NCBI RefSeq assembly: GCF_006345805.1
Contig: NC_043008.1
Location: 73,346,001-73,410,000, forward strand
DNA from: Octopus sinensis
Taxonomy: Eukaryota
Reading direction: 5' to 3'
Length of the DNA stretch: 64,000 nucleotides
Part shown: positions 56,970-64,000 of the stretch, one piece after another
How the letters are laid out: each line of letters starts with the position of its first letter
How positions within the stretch are numbered: the first letter of the stretch is position 1
The notes under the pieces: model-generated
What the model saw: the letters and a program-made list of their open reading frames with translations, nothing else
The model's database searches: none
Told to the model about the DNA's origin: nothing
Program-made: the position numbers and the translations under genes

Positions 56970-56978
<9 letters not shown>
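55997..56978. mobile_element. Pseudo-LTR fold-back: arm ~55997-56446, partial direct repeat 56472-56552, inverted arm ~56555-56978; HHR-like motifs at 56173-56228 (-) and 56774-56829 (+)
   Basis: Near-perfect ~420-bp inverted repeat; CTCTA-CCGAAGA...GAAAC-AATT-GTA-TAGAG; internal hairpin AGAGTTATCCAC-TAT-GTGGATAACTCT. Confidence 0.85.
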
Positions 56979-57031
<53 letters not shown>

Positions 57032-57044
57032 ATATATATATAGG

Positions 57045-57740
57045 TTTCTACCAACGAGGTTGAGCGCAAAGAACTTGAGATCGAATGGTTTGATGTCTTG
57101 GCTCTGGAAGATGGTAAGAGTTCGCTCCTCTGCTGGCAATATATATCGGGTGCAGATTGCATCGAATAACCAGCTAGACGCGACGTCCTTCTGTGTGTAA
57201 AATGGAAGTAATGTCAGTTCCTATGGAACAAACATGTTGAAGTGCAATAAGCATCACTTATATCTATAAACCACGAGAAATACGACTAATTATAGTAACA
57301 CCGACACCTCATAAAGGATTCCCATTTGGTCTGTCCCATGATTTCTTCAAATGAATTTCGAGCAGCAGTAAAAAATGACCTTGAAGAAGCTGTACTTATA
57401 ATTAAATCTAAGACGTACACTTAGCAGTGTTCGACGTGTTGCACCCGAAACGTGCGTAGGTCCAACCGAAGAATGATGTAAATAACAGCATAATAAAATA
57501 TGGATGTGCATTCTCTTATAATAAAATATGGATGTCCATTCTCCTGATCTTCATTAATTTCATAATTTTCTCTTCGGAAACGAAGTAGTCTCTGAAAGGA
57601 CATTAGAATTTACCAAGCGAGGATAATAACTGAGTCTAGTAAATTTTCACTAACATTCGCTGTGGCTAGCCGGCATTGAGAATCGATCTAAGTGTTAACA
57701 CAGTAACCGCCAGGATTATATATCCCTTGAAACCAATTTT
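57045..57740 (-). pseudogene. Decayed mariner-like transposase fragment
   Basis: RFRRENYEINEDQENGHP (RF..G...D..RSGRP-like); DIYCQQ. Confidence 0.4.
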
Positions 57741-57929
57741 GGAAATACACACACACACACACAAAGGGTCGGCTCAAGGTACCAGCAACTCGAGCAGTCA
57801 CCCAGGGCACCATGTGCTGGATGGACCCAAGGAGGGCGTGAGAGATACAAGGAAATTTCCACGGTCGTCAGCTTATAGACTCCAAAGTTCAGATTGCTCT
57901 GGGGCCCCACCAACCCTAGAGTTAGTCCT

Positions 57930-58180
57930 GTCATCGTATAGATACGTATGTACGTATGTATTTCTGCGTGTGTGCTTGTGTTTGTCCCCCTGCCATCGCT
58001 TGACAACCGATGCTGGTGTGTTTATGTCCCCGTAACTGTTCGGCAAAAGTGACCGATAGAATAAGTACTAGGCTTACAAAGAATAAGCTAAGCCCTGGGG
58101 TCAACTTCTTCGGCTAACACCCATTAAGGCGATGCTCCAGCATGGTCAAAGTCAAGTGACTGAAACAAGTAAAAGAATAT
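57930..58180 (+). mobile_element. SINE family A 3' half; inverted duplicate of the 52418 copy
   Basis: Shares private variants with 52418-52664. Confidence 0.85.
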
Positions 58181-58215
58181 ATATATATGTGTGTGTGTAT
58201 ATATGTATTCGTTCA

Positions 58216-58744
58216 TTGCAAATACCGATAGGGCACAAAAAGTGTGTCAATAGCCAGCTGGAGAAGATGTTCTCCTGGGGCTACAAGCTACAGTAACATC
58301 CACCCTTAATGGTTAGCCATATTTAGATGGCAAATATACTTCACATTGTCGTGCAGTTACTGTCTATACCTCGTTCAGAGATTTATTATTGCTTGTATAC
58401 ACTTTTTCAAGATCAGTGACGAAAAGTCACTGGAAAAAGGATATATGTATTTGCATTGGGACCCTTCCATCGAAAACCGGTGATTGTCGTGCGCTGATGA
58501 CGGGTCAATACCCAAAAGCTGCAGTCCGTGCGTATCACTTAGGTTGACGAGGGAAGGATGACCTCCCTTTGCAAATACTGACAGGGCACAGAAAGTGTGT
58601 CAATAGCCAGCTGGAGAAGATGTTCTCCTGGGGCTACAAGCTACAGTAACACTGAACCTTAGTGGTTAGCCATATTTAGATGGCAAATATACTTCATATT
58701 GTCGTGCAGTTACTGTCTATACCTCGTTCAGAGATGTATTATTG

Positions 58745-58747
<3 letters not shown>
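58216..58747 (+). repeat. 1.5-unit tandem repeat (353-bp period) containing a degenerate HHR (58489-58531)
   Basis: 58216-58394 repeats at 58569-58747; GTGCG-CTGATGA-CGGGT-CAAT-ACCC-AAAA-GCTGCA-GTC-CGTGC. Confidence 0.7.
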
Positions 58748-58837
<90 letters not shown>

Positions 58838-58911
58838 ACATATATATGTATGCATGCATATGTATATATCGATAACTTCAGTTTAACATTCATCTCTCTC
58901 ACTTTCTCCGA

Positions 58912-58944
<33 letters not shown>

Positions 58945-58945
<1 letters not shown>

Positions 58946-59193
58946 GCGAGAAAGAAGCAACAAGAATGGATAGGTTTTTAGTACAATCGTTTCATACAAG
59001 GACAGGCTTTATTAAAAGTTGTAAAAATTGTATGAAACGATTGTACTAAAAACCTATCCATTCTTGTTGCTTCTTCTTGCTTATAATCACCCCACATTAC
59101 TGTATTGTTAAAACAGTATAGTTTTCTTTTGGTGCATCTAAGTTAGGTACCATATTCAAGTAAATTCATTTAAATTAACTTGAATCTTTATTG

Positions 59194-59195
<2 letters not shown>
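58945..59195. repeat. Short pseudo-LTR hairpin with a half hammerhead, between (TA)n tracts
   Basis: About 48-bp inverted repeat (58951-58998 / 59028-59076) containing GAAACGATTGTA; tail GGTACCATATTCA matches the 12415 pLTR end. Confidence 0.7.
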
Positions 59196-59224
<29 letters not shown>

Positions 59225-59649
59225 CGCACATACTGCACACGATGCACACATACACAACATATACATGCATGCACACACACCTACTTCAAACTAACAGTTA
59301 AACACCTTTCTACTGACCATTCTCCTACGCACATGTGAAAGGACACACTACACAAAAGACAGCCACTCCTATTATAAATTCTTCCTACGACATTAAGCGG
59401 CACACATACACATATAAACATCCAATACCACACACACACAACACATACACGCACACACAGCTGCTATTAGTACACACACACAGACCGGCGCGCACGCACA
59501 TGCCCACACATACCTCCTTCTCTTACATTCTCCTGTCTTAGAAAGAAACTTTCCTTCACCCATCCCCTTCCGGTCATTTCAAAATGTAACCACATGTGAA
59601 TCATTGGCGATTTTCTTCCTCCGTCTTCTATTCTTCTGGGCTTTCCTCT

Positions 59650-59684
59650 ATTTCTGAAGAAGAGCTTTGCCCGAAACGTTAAAT
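59650..59684 (+). ncRNA. Very short hammerhead motif in a PLE pseudo-LTR
   Basis: ATTT-CTGAAGA-AGAGC-TTT-GCCC-GAAAC-GTT-AAAT; palindrome AACGTT at stem III. Confidence 0.7.
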
Positions 59685-59907
59685 CCTTTTTCTTTCCTTT
59701 CCTGATAATACATTAATGTATTCCTGATAATACATTACTTGTACCACGTCTTCGCGTTGTTGTTTTTTCATATTTGTTCTTCTTTGTCTGGATTCACTAC
59801 ACACACATATATATATACAGAGTGAAAATTTCCTAGAAAAATGTTTCACTTAGTGAACTGCAGTAAAAAATATAAAAAGAAGGAAAAATATAGAAATTTA
59901 ATGGTGG

Positions 59908-59948
<41 letters not shown>

Positions 59949-59989
59949 TCGCACATACAAAATAAAATCTTTACATAGTCGATTGGTTT

Positions 59990-61150
59990 TACGTATGTTA
60001 ACCATGACTAAGTAGTTAGTGATAATGTTATAATTTCATGCTATCTTAAGTTTTAAGTCCATGTTGATAAGAAGAAGAATATTTCATAGATGAATAAGAA
60101 GGTAATCAATGTTTGGTGTTATTAGAAGTAGAGAAGGTAATTCTCTGTTCTTTTGGAAAGTGAGTTGATTATTTGTAGATTAAAAAGAACTAAAATATTT
60201 ACATGGTCCAAAACTGCTTATATGTTCATATTCAGGCACAGTTGATATTTTTCCAGTAAATGTCTTTGATTTAACTGATGTTGTACAGAAGTTGTCCCAT
60301 TGCATTGGCATATAGGGAAATTTTGAAGTTTTGGTTGGAGATTCAACGCACATCTCCATGTTCATTTAATGGTATTTATTTATATCTTGGGAAACAGATT
60401 TGTTCTTTATGCAATGTTGGTCTACGTCTGAGAGACATTCTTGTTTGCTCTATATAGCTGTGTCCACGTACTGAACAAGTTATGATGTAAATTAACTTTT
60501 TGAATGCCCAGGTAACCGCAATCTTAATTTTGAATCTTTGACCTTGTTTAAAATAGAATTCTAAACCCTCCAGTATATAGGGATATGTTTGACATTTAAG
60601 TTACCCACATTTTTTTAGCTCTTGGTTCCATTGTAGTTGGATATAATTTCGCATCTGTCAGAAATCTCTTTAGTACTTTTCTTTTTTACTTTTGATGAAT
60701 TTGTGTGTGGAGAATTTGGTTCCTAGTGAGAATAAGTAAATTTTGAATAATAGTTTTATGTGCCTCATTGTTTCTAGGGTTGTGGGTAGAAATATAGGGT
60801 AGTATTTTAAAATTGGGTGTATAATTTCGTTTCAGTTATCTTAGTGTCTGGATATGAATTCTCTTGACACATTTTATCCATTTTCAATTAGTGGAGGTGG
60901 ATAATGTCTCTCAACTAGTACGGTTTTAAGTTCATGAAGTGGTGTGTCCTGGGTATTTGCATCAGACACTTTTGTGCAAATCATTTTCGTTAAATTGAAC
61001 GGGATATTTTGTTTAAGGTGTTTCGGGCGGCATGAGCTAAATAGTAGGCATTGCTTCGATTCTCTCTGTTTATAATAGATATCAGTTTCATATTGGTCAT
61101 TTGAATTTTTAAATATTAAAATATCAAGATATGCTGTAGTCCATTGTAAA
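59990..61150 (-). pseudogene. Neptune-like PLE thumb/endonuclease fragment
   Basis: YLDILI...TDIYYK...Q.LLFSSC.PKH.K.NIPFNL...ICT.VSD......L.ELK..L..R.YP..LIENG. Confidence 0.8.
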
Positions 61151-62349
61151 TTGGATGCTAGGATTATGTATACATACATATATAAATAAATAAATAGAGA
61201 AATAAATGAATAAATAAAAACAGACTTGTAACCAGTTCAAATCTGCTTAAAGCACACTCGAACCAACCAGAAGCCTTTCACTATATTTTGCCATGGAGAA
61301 AATTTCTCACTGCTGAAAAATAGGTGCAAATACACCGAATCAGCTCACAGCGCTATCTGACCAGACTGTGGAATGCATGCATTTCAGAGTAGTTATCTCC
61401 TCTTCATCCACAAAAACCAAGCAAAGTTGTGCTGTGAGCTGACATAATAGACTGTAGCTCTCTTATGATATTCCCATTCACATTCAATGACTAGTAGCGC
61501 TAATCAGTGGCCCGCCATAAATAAAATTTGAGGCAACAGCGTTAAGTAGTGATGTCTATACACGCAAAATTGTTATCAGATCAATTCTGCTTGGGGCATA
61601 TTTAAATCCCTAAAAAATGCCTTCCACTGTTTTGTCATGGAGATAATTTTTCGCTGTTGACAAATGGGTGTAAATACATTGAATCAGCTCGCAGCAGTAC
61701 CTGACAAAACTGTGGGATGCACGCATTTCAGCGTAATTATATATATGTGTGTGTATGCGTATGTGTGTGATGCGTGTATTGGAACTAAATGCGCATATGT
61801 TTACTTTATGTTTTCGATAGGATTGTAATTTCATAATTATGCATTTTCCAGTGAGTCTACTCATGAGCCACAGATGGTTCATTAATTAATCAATTGACTA
61901 ATTAATTGATTTATTTGATCATTAATGTTGAAACTCATCGGTATAGAGTTAACTGAGATTTTTATTCATTCAAGTGTCCTGCTCACTTACAAGCAACGAG
62001 CAATAAGTAGAAAAGTTTTTTTCGTGGTTTGGGTTTTGACTGCCCTCTCTAGCATGTAAGGAATCCACATGGTGGTTTCCTTTCCGTGTATAAATTCTTA
62101 TACACTATTTTATATATTAATATATATATATATTTATACATACAGAGAGAGAGATACAGATATATACATATTACACATACATACGCCTCTCTATAGTATT
62201 CTATATTTACGGTTCTTGAATGTCCACATAACTTGTGAGAGAAAAAAGAAGTTTTCTTTGTTCCTGAACCTAAATAAGTGTAAATGCTTAGAGTATCAGA
62301 CCTTGAAGACTTTTGCAATTAAGTTCCGTACAATTTTTCCCAATAACAT

Positions 62350-63420
62350 CTGAGAATATTCGGGTTGCTCTGTGTATGACTGCTTTTGAGAAGTAAGTGA
62401 GCTAGTGTTTGTTAGGTGCTAATTGTGATATTTAAATTGAAATGCTTGCATATCATACATCAGGTCTTTTCTAAATCTATCCATGAAGTGGCCGTTCATT
62501 TTCTATGAGACTGTTAACTTTCGGAGGGTTTCTAAGATAAATATCTCATGAGATTGTAAACCTCATTTCTTTTGTAACTTCACAAGGAAACGACAAATAG
62601 TGGGTTACTTTAATTTTAACACTGTAAGAATCGATATTGAATAAATCCGATTTCCTAGTATTGATTATTATCCTGGAGTCGAGAAAACCTATGGTGGTAA
62701 AATTTCTTCTGAATTGAGAGGTTGCTGGGACAAAAGATTTAGAGATCGATTGATGAAAGTCTATCATGTCAAATTGAATGAATCTACAGAATATTTGACT
62801 TCCACAGTGTGCAACCGTTTAATGACGGCGGTGCTGCTGTTCCATTGTTGTAGTTTCATAGCCTTTCTGAATAAATTTCGAAAATTAATCCCATGGAGAA
62901 TATACTGACTGACATTTCCAAATTCACTTTTTAAAGACGATAATTTACATTACACTAAAGATTGTAGACGAAATTAGCTTTATGATCCTTAATGGTGATG
63001 CAGGTTTGGCGCATAGGAAGGCAATCCACATTGTCTTTGATTTTTAGCTGGAAGGATGGCTCTTTCGCTTCCATGCTTATAGTGCTACAGTTGGTGGATT
63101 TGTTTGTTTATGCATTAGTAGGAGTTTAATTTGTATACACTGTGTTGCCTGAAAGTATGTGAGATTTGGAGAGTTGGTCCAAAGGTTTCATGAAACTGCT
63201 CAGTGTATTTGGAAGGAAATGGCGTCATATGAGAATCTTAAATTTGTTATCAAATTAATCGTATCGCATTCGGAGTTCTCAACTCCTCAATTTGTATGAG
63301 ATGCAGGGATTTTGTATCTATACTTGTATGTGGATAAGTTCTTATACCCGCTTTTGTAGGGTTTCTAAGTATGCACGCAGTTCTATAGGATTCTAAAATC
63401 ATTGCCGAAAGCATGGTATA
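62350..63420 (-). pseudogene. Decayed PLE reverse transcriptase fragment
   Basis: TIGFLDS.I and remnants resembling SLYTNI and AP.YANL, with many disruptions. Confidence 0.5.
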
Positions 63421-64000
63421 TGCTATTAATTCATACATGCTTATGAGTAACGGCTATGGTTGATATGTATGTACACATACAAATTCAGTATGTAGCCTTA
63501 AAATTTCTCCTACTGAAGTACTAACAATTTCTATCTCTGCGGTAATGTTGAAATGCTGGTTAAATCTATCTCTCTGCTAGTAGCTATAGCTAGCACTATT
63601 AGAACAAATGGCAATATCTAAATACATACGCACGCACACATGCACGCGCGCATACGCACGCACATATGCACGTACGCATACGCACGTGCACACACGCACG
63701 TGCACACACGCACACGCATAATCATACATGCATAATACTTACATACACACATACATACATTTAGCTATACATACTTATATACCGCTCATCAATTACTGGC
63801 TGACTGATACACATCTGCACATACAAGCAGAGTTCAATAGGAAAAAGATTAACAGTGTTGTGGGTTTGAAATCTTCGTGTAAATTTACAAATTCTAAGTG
63901 AGTTTATAATGGAATTAATTGATAAACTGGCGAATTGGTTTCTAATCTTCTCACTAATGGTATTTAGAAATGAGAACAGTAATTTAAAATAGCAACACAA

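Overview
AT-rich, microsatellite-dense eukaryotic DNA. The SINE families resemble those of octopods (inference). No host protein-coding gene can be supported, and most ORFs in the track are microsatellite read-through. The window is a nest of transposon remains: Penelope-like elements (PLEs; Naiad-, Neptune- and Penelope/Poseidon-like), RTE, R4/Dong and HERO-like LINE fragments, mariner/Tc1, hAT and piggyBac-like relics, and tRNA-SINEs. Main results: (1) A Merlin (IS1595-like) transposase gene that reconstructs to an intact 301-aa ORF is split by a 1.4-kb GG-ended TIR element with an 8-bp TSD. That insert carries a 594-bp copy of sequence found 3.71 kb upstream. (2) About a dozen minimal type-I hammerhead ribozyme (HHR) motifs from several different repeat families occur here. 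Many sit in non-coding fold-back or tandem pseudo-LTR elements embedded in (TA)n, including a young 2.7-kb element with two outward-facing HHRs that retain all core nucleotides. All motif calls were made by eye.
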